In this document: positions 30,687-40,515 of the stretch, one piece after another
Layout of the letters: every line of letters begins with the position of its first letter
How positions within the stretch are numbered: position 1 is the stretch's first letter
Source: Candidatus Woesearchaeota archaeon
GTDB lineage: Archaea > Nanobdellota > Nanobdellia > Woesearchaeales > JABGUJ01
DNA length: 64,000 nucleotides
NCBI GenBank assembly: GCA_018646625.1
Contig: JABGUJ010000001.1
Span: 69,534 to 133,533 of the forward strand
Reading direction: 5' to 3'
Notes under the pieces: model-generated
Told to the model about the DNA's origin: nothing
Seen by the model: only the letters and a program-made list of their open reading frames with translations
Databases searched by the model: none
Translations under genes and position numbers: made by a program

Positions 30687-31112
30687 ATGCAAAGTATCAA
30701 AATAGAGAGAGGTAAGGCTAAAACCTCAAAAAAACCAAAAATTCTGGTGGTTGATGATGAACCACACATCGTAAATATGATCAAACTTGCAGTAGAAGAT
30801 AAGTTTGAAGTAATTGAAGCATATTCTGCACTAGAGGCAATAAAGAAAGCAAGAATAGAGAAACCAGATTTGATTACTGTAGATGTGATGATGCCAAACA
30901 CAGATGGACTAACTCTTTGCAAAAAGTTTAGAAAAATCCCCAGCACAAAAGATATACCAATTATGGTGATTTCTGCAAAAGATTCAATCCAAGATAAAAT
31001 TGCAGGAATTGACGCAGGCGCAATAGACTACTTAGAGAAACCATTCAAGATAGAAGAACTAAACTCTAAAATTGCCAACAACATTAATGCATACAAATGG
31101 TGGGAGAATTAA
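30687..31112 (+). CDS. Single-domain response regulator 1
   Basis: VVDDE, DVMMP, SAK, KPF. Confidence 0.9.
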   Translation: MQSIKIERGKAKTSKKPKILVVDDEPHIVNMIKLAVEDKFEVIEAYSALEAIKKARIEKPDLITVDVMMPNTDGLTLCKKFRKIPSTKDIPIMVISAKDSIQDKIAGIDAGAIDYLEKPFKIEELNSKIANNINAYKWWEN

Positions 31113-31571
31113 ATGGATGATCATAAACCCACCATATTGGTTGTTGATGACGACTTCGCTATAAGAACATTACTTGAATTTACTTTGAAAGGATACAACA
31201 CATTATTTGCAGAAGATGGAGATTCAGCAATAAAAACAATAAGACTAAATCTACCAGACTTAGTTATTTTAGATCTCATGATGCCAAGAGTAGACGGATT
31301 CGAAGTACTTAAAAAAATTAAAAGCGAATTGTTTACAAAAAACACTTACGTCATGATAGTTAGTGCAAAACATCACCCAAACGATCTTAAAAAGAGTATA
31401 ACTCTAGGAGTAGATGAATATCTCACCAAACCCTTTGAACCTGAAAAAGTAAGAAAACGAATCGACCAAATAATGCAAAACAAAGATCAAGGTTTACAGG
31501 AAAAAGGAATAAATAAAGAATACATGGGAACAATCCACTACATTAAAGGCAACAAAGCAATTGCAAGGTGA
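31113..31571 (+). CDS. Single-domain response regulator 2
   Basis: VVDDD, DLMMP, KPF. Confidence 0.9.
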   Translation: MDDHKPTILVVDDDFAIRTLLEFTLKGYNTLFAEDGDSAIKTIRLNLPDLVILDLMMPRVDGFEVLKKIKSELFTKNTYVMIVSAKHHPNDLKKSITLGVDEYLTKPFEPEKVRKRIDQIMQNKDQGLQEKGINKEYMGTIHYIKGNKAIAR

Positions 31572-32557
31572 CGACGATGACAACATTAAACCCAGAGATA
31601 TCAAAGAAGATTATCAACTACTTAAAAACTAGATCCGACGGAGCCACCAGCTCAGAAATTTCAGAGAAAATTAATCATAACAGAATCACAGTAACAAAAT
31701 ATCTTCACGTTCTAGAAGCCAATCAAAAACTAACTAGTAAACGAATTGCCCAAGGAGTATTCTATAAGATCAACAAACCTGGAAGCAAAAAAAGAATACT
31801 TGTTGTTGACGACGAACCTCACATAGTTAATTTAATCAAGTTCAGCCTGCCTGATGAAATATACACAACCTATGAGGCATTCTCAGGTTTAGAAGCAATG
31901 GAAAAAGTCTTCACCGAAAATCCCGACTTGATCATTCTTGACTTAATGATGCCAGGCATTGATGGCTTCGAAGTGTGCAAAAGACTAAAGGAAAATCCAA
32001 ACACATGCGAAATCCCCATAGTTATCCTAAGTGCCAAAACTCAATTACAATCAAAAATCAAAGGAGTAAGTTTAGGTGCAGAAGATTATATAACTAAACC
32101 GTTTGATCCTGTAGAATTAGAAGCAAGAGTGAAAAGACTCTTACTAAACACGGAAGAAAACGGAAGACAAAAACTCATAGTGAACCAAGTATCACAAATC
32201 ATCGATACAAACAACATTACCCAAACCACTACATTAACTATTAAGAATATAGAAAAATACTCTAAGAAATATGGAACACGAAAAACTAACGCATTAACTA
32301 AGCTAATATATAGGCTAATCCTGCAACAAGCAGAAACTCAACGAGTCCCATTATTAAGATTAAGCAACAAAGAATTTATGTTATTCATCACCGAAGAAAA
32401 CAACTTATCTAAAGAAATTAAAGAAGAATTCAAGAAAATAATCCCATTTTTATACAATGGAGATAACACAAAAAAGATAAATTCATTAATAGAGCTAGAA
32501 ATCTCAAACATGAGCACAAAACAAGCTAAACAATTCATAGAAAAAAAGTACACCTAA
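31568..32557 (+). CDS. wHTH + receiver + degenerate GGDEF-like response regulator
   Basis: N-terminal HTH (SEISEKINHNRITVTKYL), receiver DLMMP/KPF, RLSNKEF where RLGGDEF is expected. Confidence 0.8.
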   Translation: MTTMTTLNPEISKKIINYLKTRSDGATSSEISEKINHNRITVTKYLHVLEANQKLTSKRIAQGVFYKINKPGSKKRILVVDDEPHIVNLIKFSLPDEIYTTYEAFSGLEAMEKVFTENPDLIILDLMMPGIDGFEVCKRLKENPNTCEIPIVILSAKTQLQSKIKGVSLGAEDYITKPFDPVELEARVKRLLLNTEENGRQKLIVNQVSQIIDTNNITQTTTLTIKNIEKYSKKYGTRKTNALTKLIYRLILQQAETQRVPLLRLSNKEFMLFITEENNLSKEIKEEFKKIIPFLYNGDNTKKINSLIELEISNMSTKQAKQFIEKKYT

Positions 32558-32558
32558 C

Positions 32559-32954
32559 ATGAAAGGAAAAATCCTAATTGCGGAAGACGAACCCCACATT
32601 TTAGAGTTAATTAAATTCACGTTATCCGATTCATTCGAAATACTAGAAGCGGAAGATGGAGAACAAGCCATGAAAATCATAGAAGATAACAAGGATAATT
32701 TACCAGATCTTGTGCTACTAGATGTTATGATGCCAAGAATGAATGGCTTCGAGGTGTGCGAAAAGCTAAAATCAAATACAGAAACAAAAGACATAATCAT
32801 TACAATGCTCTCTGCCAAAGGCCAAATACAAGAAAGAATGGAAGGAATGCGTAAAGGTGCAGACCACTACATAACAAAACCGTTTGACCCAATGGCATTG
32901 AAAGAACAACTTGAAATCATTGTAAACAACAAAAACAGGAGGGATAAAATATGA
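32559..32954 (+). CDS. Single-domain response regulator 4
   Basis: IAEDE, DVMMP, KPF. Confidence 0.9.
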   Translation: MKGKILIAEDEPHILELIKFTLSDSFEILEAEDGEQAMKIIEDNKDNLPDLVLLDVMMPRMNGFEVCEKLKSNTETKDIIITMLSAKGQIQERMEGMRKGADHYITKPFDPMALKEQLEIIVNNKNRRDKI

Positions 32955-33340
32955 GTAATAATGACAAAAAATGTGTCTTAATAATAGAAGACGACAAAAA
33001 TATAGCACAACTAGAAGGAATAGTTCTAAACCAAGACTATGAGGTATACTTCGCAAAAGATGGTGAAGAGGGACTAAAGCTAGCCAATGAATTCAAACCA
33101 GATCTAATTGTACTAGACATTATGATGCCAAAAATGGATGGCTATGAAGTGTGTAGACAAGTTAGAGAGAATCCAGAACTACAAAACACAAAGATAGTGA
33201 TGGTAAGTGCAAAATCAACAGAAATAGATCACGACAAAGGTATGTTAATCGGAGCAGATGATTACATCGCAAAACCATTCGAGATAGATGAACTAAAACA
33301 CGTCATTGAACAACAATTCCTAAAAGATGATAACAGCTAA
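32951..33340 (+). CDS. Single-domain response regulator 5
   Basis: IIEDD, DIMMP, KPF. Confidence 0.9.
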   Translation: MSNNDKKCVLIIEDDKNIAQLEGIVLNQDYEVYFAKDGEEGLKLANEFKPDLIVLDIMMPKMDGYEVCRQVRENPELQNTKIVMVSAKSTEIDHDKGMLIGADDYIAKPFEIDELKHVIEQQFLKDDNS

Positions 33341-36086
33341 AGGCATGAAACTCAAAGGAAAGAAAGAATACCAGATTTTTCTAGATAATTCTAACGACCC
33401 AGTCGTCATATTAGATAAAGAAGGAAAAATCTTTGACACAAACACCAAAGGCGCAAAGATGCTCAAAACTCCTAAGAAAAATCTGATAGGAATGAGTATT
33501 TATGACATTGTAGACAACCCTGATGCCGCAAGAAGAAATGTTAGGAAAATAGTAAGAGGAATTACCACCGTAGCCTCAGAATACCAAGTAACAAAAAACG
33601 ACGAAAAATTTCATGTTGAAGTGAGCAGTTTCCCTGCAATCATAAACAAAAGATCATACGCTTTTTGTCAAATTCGAGACATTACAAAAAAAGTAAAACT
33701 AGAAGCAGATCTTAAAAAAAGATTAAGAGATCTGACAGTACTCTACAAAATCTCAAAAGAGACAACAAAAAATAAGAAAATCGAGAATGTACTTGATACA
33801 ACCATAAAAATTTTAAAAGAAGATTTGGGTTACGAAAAGAGTTTTATTGCAGTTCAAGACGATAATGAACTCAAAATGCGATCTACATTTGGATTAAAGA
33901 ACGTAGGTACAGATCTCAAAGAAGTTAAATGGAGAATACTAGCAGGAGAAGGAATAACCGGCCACGTAATGAAAACAGGAGAGCCATTATTATTAAAATC
34001 ACCCGAGAAACACCCAAAATACCTGGCCGCCCTGAAAAGAACAAAATGTGAACTCACAGTCCCAATCAAAATCCAAAAGAAAGTAATTGGTGTACTAGAT
34101 GTAGAAAGTAACAAAGATGATCGTTACAGCAAAGATGATTTAAATCTACTAACAAACATCGCTAACCACATAGCATTAGTTATTGAAAATCTACAACTTC
34201 AACACGAACAAGATAAAAAAATAGAAAGAATAAAAACAATATACAAACTTGCAAAAGCCCTATCATCCACATTCGAACAAGAGAAACTGTTTGACGAAGT
34301 TACAAGGCTTCTTTCCAGCATGAATCAAGCTAAAGCAGTTACAATGTACATTCTAGATGGCGCCAGTGAAGAATTATTTTCAGTATCTACCTTCAGATAT
34401 GGTAAAAAATGCAATAGAGAAGTTAGCCTACCATACAATAAATCATTCACAGGAAGTGCCATGCAAAAAGGAGAAGTTCTCCAGTGCATAGATCCTCTAA
34501 AACGGAAAGGATTTACTAAAGAAGGAAGAAAATTTATTGAAACCGAAAATGTTCGCTCATTCGTTACAGTACCCCTAAAAGTTGACAACACCACGATTGG
34601 TGCAATAAACATTTACAGCGAATCCCCCAAACCATTCTCAGAAAACCAGATGGTATTTGTAGAAAGTATCTCCGATCACGTTGCCATCATTATTAGAAAT
34701 GCTAGATTATACAACAGACTAAAAGATTTTAACGAAATACTACAAGAAGAAACATATTCAGCAACAAGAGAGATAAGAGAGAAAAACAAAGAGCTAAGAC
34801 GATTATCTAACGAATCTGTAGCCGAGAAAAACAAAATAGAAGCCATGATCGATAGTATCTCTGAAGGTATTATCGTAACCTACTTTGATTCACCAATTAT
34901 GTCATTTAATCCAGCTACAGAAAAGATTTTACAGTTCGACTCAGAAAAATTAGGCCCAAAAGCCACAACACAGCACTTAAGCAAGATAGGGTTAATCGAA
35001 GTATTAGAACTCGCAAGAAAAGTTGATCAACCTGTCTTCATAAAAGAGATGAAATTAGGTCAACCAGTAAATAAATACATAAGAGTTACAATCACCATGC
35101 TTAAAGATCAAGATCAAGAGGTCGGTCTCGTTACTGTTCTGAGAGACATCACTAAAATTAAAGAAATCGACAGAATGAAATCTGAATTCGTCAGTGTTGT
35201 ATCTCACGAACTAAGAACCCCATTAACCTCCATCAAAGGATATTCCTCATTGTTACTTAACGAAAAAGTTGGTAAAGTAAATGAACAACAAAAACAGTGC
35301 TTGGCCATACTTAACGAAGAAAGTGACAGGTTAGCTAATCTGATAAACGATGTTTTGGACTTATCAAAAATGGAATCAGGAAAAATGTCACTAAATCAAA
35401 AGATCGATTCCTTAGAGCCTATATTGCAAAACGTTGTAAAGAACTTCGAAGTAGCTGCTAAAGAAAAAGAAATCTCACTAACTTACAAAATTGCAAACAA
35501 AATCCCGGAAATCCCTATAGATAAAGATAAAATAAAACAAGTTCTAATCAACCTTGTAAGTAATGCAATTAAATTTACCAACAACAAAGGTAAAGTCGAG
35601 ATAACAGCAAGAGCAGGTCAAAACTACGTAAGAGTTTTTGTTAAAGACAACGGCCGCGGCATTAAGAAACAAGAATTACCAAGAATATTCAATAAATTCT
35701 ACCAAATAGATCCACACATGACCAGAGCACAAGGAGGCTCAGGGCTCGGTTTAGTGATTGCTAAAGAAATCATAGGACTACACCATGGTTTAATGGACGT
35801 AAAAAGTGAATACGGTGAAGGCAGCGAGTTTATCTTTTTACTCCCTCAAAGAAAAATGAAACCTGCTGAAAAACTTAAGAAGTGTTGGGAAGAGATAAAT
35901 TGTAGCAAGGTCACATGTCCCGCGTATGGTTCATCCGATAGACGATGTTGGCTCATCCCAGGCACAGAAGCATGTAGAATGGGAATGAAAGACAACATGA
36001 AAGATAAATTAAGTCACTGCAAATACTGTCCAATACATTTAGAAGCCTTTGGAAAAAAGACAAAAAAGAAAGTGAAAAAAACATGA
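33327..36086 (+). CDS. Cytoplasmic sensor histidine kinase (PAS-GAF-GAF-PAS-HisKA-HATPase) with Cys-rich C-terminal domain
   Basis: SHELRTPL, NLVSNAIKF, DNGRG, GSGLGL; CWEEINC...CWLIPGT...CKYC. Confidence 0.92.
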   Translation: MITAKGMKLKGKKEYQIFLDNSNDPVVILDKEGKIFDTNTKGAKMLKTPKKNLIGMSIYDIVDNPDAARRNVRKIVRGITTVASEYQVTKNDEKFHVEVSSFPAIINKRSYAFCQIRDITKKVKLEADLKKRLRDLTVLYKISKETTKNKKIENVLDTTIKILKEDLGYEKSFIAVQDDNELKMRSTFGLKNVGTDLKEVKWRILAGEGITGHVMKTGEPLLLKSPEKHPKYLAALKRTKCELTVPIKIQKKVIGVLDVESNKDDRYSKDDLNLLTNIANHIALVIENLQLQHEQDKKIERIKTIYKLAKALSSTFEQEKLFDEVTRLLSSMNQAKAVTMYILDGASEELFSVSTFRYGKKCNREVSLPYNKSFTGSAMQKGEVLQCIDPLKRKGFTKEGRKFIETENVRSFVTVPLKVDNTTIGAINIYSESPKPFSENQMVFVESISDHVAIIIRNARLYNRLKDFNEILQEETYSATREIREKNKELRRLSNESVAEKNKIEAMIDSISEGIIVTYFDSPIMSFNPATEKILQFDSEKLGPKATTQHLSKIGLIEVLELARKVDQPVFIKEMKLGQPVNKYIRVTITMLKDQDQEVGLVTVLRDITKIKEIDRMKSEFVSVVSHELRTPLTSIKGYSSLLLNEKVGKVNEQQKQCLAILNEESDRLANLINDVLDLSKMESGKMSLNQKIDSLEPILQNVVKNFEVAAKEKEISLTYKIANKIPEIPIDKDKIKQVLINLVSNAIKFTNNKGKVEITARAGQNYVRVFVKDNGRGIKKQELPRIFNKFYQIDPHMTRAQGGSGLGLVIAKEIIGLHHGLMDVKSEYGEGSEFIFLLPQRKMKPAEKLKKCWEEINCSKVTCPAYGSSDRRCWLIPGTEACRMGMKDNMKDKLSHCKYCPIHLEAFGKKTKKKVKKT

Positions 36087-36526
36087 ATAGCATCACATTC
36101 TCTGCAACAGGTCACGAAAATATTCTCGCAACACACGAGAGAAGCTTCGAATTTACAAAATCCAAAGAAATAAGTAAAGATGCAGATTGTATAATGGGCG
36201 TAAACTCAGACTACAAACTTGAAGAACTAGAATTTTTGAAAGATAAAGTTAAAGTTAAGATAACAATAGATGTTGAAAATTTAAAAGAAGAAATAATCGC
36301 ATACGGATCTCCTGAACTCACATTCTCAGATGAAGGATTCGTAGTAAGAATGACAAATGTCATCAACCCTAAAACAGGTGCAATATATGCAGATAAATCT
36401 TCCAAGACCATCAACAAAAAATTGATTGAAAAAATGAAACACAAAGAAACTAAAATGACAATCACAATTGAAGTAATAGAAAAATATGAGAAACTAGACT
36501 TTTACGAAGGATTAAGCATGTTCTAA
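36083..36526 (+). CDS. DUF371 family protein
   Basis: GHENILATH...EFTK...DCIMGV. Confidence 0.8.
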   Translation: MNSITFSATGHENILATHERSFEFTKSKEISKDADCIMGVNSDYKLEELEFLKDKVKVKITIDVENLKEEIIAYGSPELTFSDEGFVVRMTNVINPKTGAIYADKSSKTINKKLIEKMKHKETKMTITIEVIEKYEKLDFYEGLSMF

Positions 36527-36527
36527 G

Positions 36528-36998
36528 ATGGCAAGAAAACAAATAAGAAAAAAAGAAGTTAAAGAACTAAACGAAGAGTTAGAAAAAGAATATGATATAG
36601 AAGAAATAATAAACAAAAAAAGTAAAGTAGAACTTGAGAAAACAGACTCGGGAGAGTATATTATAGTTGAGAATGAAATAGATTTTTTCAAGATAAACAA
36701 CAAATGGATTCCAACATTAAGATTTACACTTAGAAAAAACATTCTAAAGAAAGTTACAGTTGACATGGGTGCAGTAAAATTTGTAACATCTGGTGCAGAT
36801 ATCATGCGGCCAGGAATAAAAGCTGTAGAAGAAGCAGAAAAAGAAGAAGCAGTAGTAATAATTGATGAAAAAAATCTAAAACCCCTGGCCATCGGCCAAC
36901 TATCATTTTCAAGCTCAGAACTTCTAAAAATGAACTCTGGAAAAGTCGTTAAAAATCTACATTTCGTAGGAGACAAGCTCTGGAACGGCCAAATATAA
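36528..36998 (+). CDS. PUA-domain RNA-binding protein (DUF1947/MCT-1-like)
   Basis: VDMGAVKFVTSGADIMRPGI, HFVGDKLW. Confidence 0.85.
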   Translation: MARKQIRKKEVKELNEELEKEYDIEEIINKKSKVELEKTDSGEYIIVENEIDFFKINNKWIPTLRFTLRKNILKKVTVDMGAVKFVTSGADIMRPGIKAVEEAEKEEAVVIIDEKNLKPLAIGQLSFSSSELLKMNSGKVVKNLHFVGDKLWNGQI

Positions 36999-37060
36999 TC
37001 AGCACTCGAAAGTAGTGAAAACAGAAAGTATTATATAGTGTTAAGCTTCTGAAAAGAGGC

Positions 37061-38197
37061 ATGATGAGCCGTAGACACCTTCTAGATTCAGGTCTAAGAG
37101 ACAGACTAAGTGGAGAAGATAAACAACAAATTCTCGAAGCCAATGGTAATCCAAAATATTGGCTAGAATTCATAGTTCTATACCTAAAACAAAGTCCGAC
37201 AGACAAAGAAGTTGTAGACACCTATGGAAAAGAAAGCATCAAAGCATATAGACTCGCAGAAAAAACATTTGCAAACTGTCACAGAGGATGCGGTAACCCA
37301 ACCATCGCGCACACTCAAGATACCGCATACCGATTAAGATTATCCATCGGTCAAGATCAAAGATATATGCAAGCAGCATTATTGCATGATGTCGTTGAAG
37401 ATAAATCAAAAAGTTTTCAAGATCTTGAAAGAGGATTAGAATATATTGTTGAAGAGTTTGGAGAAGATACAGCAAGAGATGTTGATATGTTAACAAACAC
37501 ATTCTCGGTTCTTGCAAAAGGAATTGAAAAAAGAACAGATCTAGAACACGAAAGAAATGCTATGACCGTCAAAAGAGTTATTCACGATACTCTAGACAGA
37601 ATGGAAGAAGAAACAAAAGAACAAGGAATATACGGAAAGTATCAAAATTATTTTAATCAATTCCGACAAATGATTAGAGAAACAAAAGCCGAAGAATGGA
37701 CAATGCTAAAACAACGCTTCGAAACATTTACTCTCTACGACTTCTTGAAGTTCAGATCTTATGATCTATACTTAGAAGAAATAAAAAGAGAAACCATAGA
37801 AAGAGCAGAGAAAGGCGACGAATACTACGCAGTTCCACTTTTAGTAAAATTATCAGATAGTATTGATAATATCCGAACTACTTCACCTCTAGATCGAAGA
37901 AGAATGGATAAACTTATTGTAAAGACAGAATCAAGAATAAAATTAACAGGGGAAATTGTTGAAGAACTAAAATCTAAGGGTCATGAAAACACAGAATTAG
38001 AAAACAGATGCAAACAGTTAAAAGCAGAATACGTACATTTCTTAAAACAATCAATCAATGTCAGCTCAGCTCTTCCAGACAGTAGATGGCAAACACTAAG
38101 AACACACATCAAAAAACAGTACGGACACGCATTAAAAACATATTATCAAGGAAAACTCCCACCCATACCAGAAGAAGATCTTTCTGCAGGACTTTAA
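37061..38197 (+). CDS. RelA/SpoT-type HD hydrolase (Mesh1/SAH-like)
   Basis: RGCGNPTIAH, AALLHDVVED, VDMLT, LLVKLSDSIDNIRT. Confidence 0.75.
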   Translation: MMSRRHLLDSGLRDRLSGEDKQQILEANGNPKYWLEFIVLYLKQSPTDKEVVDTYGKESIKAYRLAEKTFANCHRGCGNPTIAHTQDTAYRLRLSIGQDQRYMQAALLHDVVEDKSKSFQDLERGLEYIVEEFGEDTARDVDMLTNTFSVLAKGIEKRTDLEHERNAMTVKRVIHDTLDRMEEETKEQGIYGKYQNYFNQFRQMIRETKAEEWTMLKQRFETFTLYDFLKFRSYDLYLEEIKRETIERAEKGDEYYAVPLLVKLSDSIDNIRTTSPLDRRRMDKLIVKTESRIKLTGEIVEELKSKGHENTELENRCKQLKAEYVHFLKQSINVSSALPDSRWQTLRTHIKKQYGHALKTYYQGKLPPIPEEDLSAGL

Positions 38198-38206
38198 TTA
38201 AAGAAA

Positions 38207-39976
38207 ATGAGCGGATTAGACGCATTAGTGGATACAGAACTTAAGCAGTTTGTAGAAAGCTGCGCAGTAGCATTAAGATACTTGGTAGAAGATTCTCCAG
38301 TCCCACAAAGAGTTGAAAATGTGATTAAGAAGAGATATCCTTTTGTTGGCGAGAAGATAGGACTAGAAGCAGAACACGGAGAATCAATAGTGCGCCAATT
38401 ATTTGACAATATTAGAATGATTTATGCGTTTGATAAAAGTCATACAATAGATGTACTAAATCACAGAACAGAAACTGAAACAAGAGTGTGGCAGTTCAGA
38501 GATAGAAGCAATATTTGGAGAGCATACTCAGGCCACAAGGCAGAGAAAAGTCTTTTAGAAAAGATTGCTAAATGGACACAAGGAAGAAATATCGAACATT
38601 CTAGAATGAGAATCATTATTAAGAACTCAGCAAGTCCTCCAACTCCGCCGGTAATAAAACTCCCTCACAAAGGTGGAGAACAGAGGAAAGGATCTCAAAA
38701 AACAAAAGAAGACAGCGCCTGGCGAACCTATAAAGCAGCATACGAACAAGCTAACATTGTGGAAGCCAGAAGATTAGCTGACTGGATCTCAAGCCCAGCA
38801 CGACCGTGGGAAGTCATCGCACCATTCCCTCAACACAGACTATGGATAGACTCAGATAGAACATACAGCGTAAAACATAGAAGTCAAATTATTAGTGATG
38901 GAGATCCAGAAAGTCTATACGAGCCAATAGATACATCGCTATATAGATTTGAAAAAGTTGAAGGCGCAATAGCATTCATGAACAACATTCGAAGAAAAGA
39001 AGATGACCGAATTACCGACGACATCAGAACCCAAGTAAGAAAAGCAATAAGTAAACAAAATCCATATGCAAGACTGGATGATTTAGTTATATACCAAGAT
39101 GGAGACAAATTCTGTGTTGCAGCAAGAAATCTAGACACCATAGTTGATATTGAAACAGAAGTTGACATAATGGAAGAAGAACTATTCTACTCAGAATATA
39201 AAACAGCAATCACCAATCTATTCGGAAGCATCGCATCTAAAAAGAAAAGTAGAGTTAGTGTGTGGGATGACAAAACCCAAGCCGTAAGATATTTTGAAGA
39301 ATTAGAATCAGAAATGAGAGAGAAAATAGAAAAATTGAATCAACCGGGAAGAACAGTTATAAGAGTTTACAAAGTTAAAATAGTTACAGCAGATGATGAT
39401 TGTTTTATAGTAAGATACAACGGAACAACAAAATTATATGCCAGAATTGGAAACACCATAATTGAAGACACAGCAACTTCTGAGCGAAGATTAGGAGAAA
39501 TAAAAACAAATATAAAAAAATTATATGCAAAAAAAACACCTAAAGCAAGAGAAAAGTTAACATACCAATTATTCGAAAGAGCACATCACCCTAACAGGGA
39601 TTATTTAGACGAAATCAAGTTAAGATTCGAAGATCTACCTCGCGGATGGGGAGTAATGGATAGAACAGTCGATCAAGAAGCACACAACAGATTCGACCTT
39701 ACAGTCGACGGAACAGCAGGCTCAGTAAGATATGAAGATATGAGCTTACATCCAAAGAAAAGAAAAAAAGGGTCACCATTTGACTCTCAAATCAATATTG
39801 ATGTAGTTTTCAGAGGAAAAAAAGTAGAAATACAACTTCGAACCCCTGAATGGCATTATCAGTGTGAAGATGGAAAATATGCACACAACGCATACAAAAC
39901 AGAGGGGCCATCACCAGAAAACACACGAGCAGAACTACTCCTAAATTATTTAGGACAATTACACTTAACTGATTAA
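38207..39976 (+). CDS. Divergent RelA/SpoT synthetase-like nucleotidyltransferase
   Basis: C-terminal VEIQLRTPEWHYQCEDGKYAHNAYK matches the RSH EVQIRT...H...E.G.AAH..YK motif. Confidence 0.6.
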   Translation: MSGLDALVDTELKQFVESCAVALRYLVEDSPVPQRVENVIKKRYPFVGEKIGLEAEHGESIVRQLFDNIRMIYAFDKSHTIDVLNHRTETETRVWQFRDRSNIWRAYSGHKAEKSLLEKIAKWTQGRNIEHSRMRIIIKNSASPPTPPVIKLPHKGGEQRKGSQKTKEDSAWRTYKAAYEQANIVEARRLADWISSPARPWEVIAPFPQHRLWIDSDRTYSVKHRSQIISDGDPESLYEPIDTSLYRFEKVEGAIAFMNNIRRKEDDRITDDIRTQVRKAISKQNPYARLDDLVIYQDGDKFCVAARNLDTIVDIETEVDIMEEELFYSEYKTAITNLFGSIASKKKSRVSVWDDKTQAVRYFEELESEMREKIEKLNQPGRTVIRVYKVKIVTADDDCFIVRYNGTTKLYARIGNTIIEDTATSERRLGEIKTNIKKLYAKKTPKAREKLTYQLFERAHHPNRDYLDEIKLRFEDLPRGWGVMDRTVDQEAHNRFDLTVDGTAGSVRYEDMSLHPKKRKKGSPFDSQINIDVVFRGKKVEIQLRTPEWHYQCEDGKYAHNAYKTEGPSPENTRAELLLNYLGQLHLTD

Positions 39977-40431
39977 TCAGCACAAAGAATTCTTCGAGTT
40001 TTAGGAACCTGATTTAACAAAACCCCTTTAGAATAAATAGCAGTACCGGCATAATCTCTTCCCGACTTCACAATCAGCGATCCAGAACCATCAACCCGTT
40101 CTTTAGGTAATTTAAGATCTTGACCTTTCAACCAATCCCTTAATTCTTCAAAACTTAACTCAACAATATTCTTCTTTGCCAAAGGACCAACTAACATACT
40201 ACCCTCCATGCTCAAAACAAAATCTTTGTCTAATAAAGTTCCAAAGAAAAGACCCATAGAATTAATTCTAAGATTTTCAAAATCAATCTTATCCAAATCC
40301 CTAGTGATCATATAAACTCTTTCTCCAGAAATCAAAAACGCGTTTTCAGTAGTATAATCACAACCCCACTTCCTATTTACAGAAGCCAAGATCTCTTTCT
40401 TTTTTTTATTGTTCAGTATCTTAAAATTCAT
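39973..40431 (-). CDS. NIP7/RsmF C-terminal-like PUA-fold protein
   Basis: MGLFFG, LSMEGS, WLKGQD, LLNQVPKTRR. Confidence 0.65.
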   Translation of the reverse strand: MNFKILNNKKKKEILASVNRKWGCDYTTENAFLISGERVYMITRDLDKIDFENLRINSMGLFFGTLLDKDFVLSMEGSMLVGPLAKKNIVELSFEELRDWLKGQDLKLPKERVDGSGSLIVKSGRDYAGTAIYSKGVLLNQVPKTRRILCAD

Positions 40432-40515
40432 CTATAACCACAATAACACCTCTCAATTATAAATATTATGATCTTAAAAGAAACGTTTTTAAAGGTCTTA
40501 AAAGACAGAATAACT

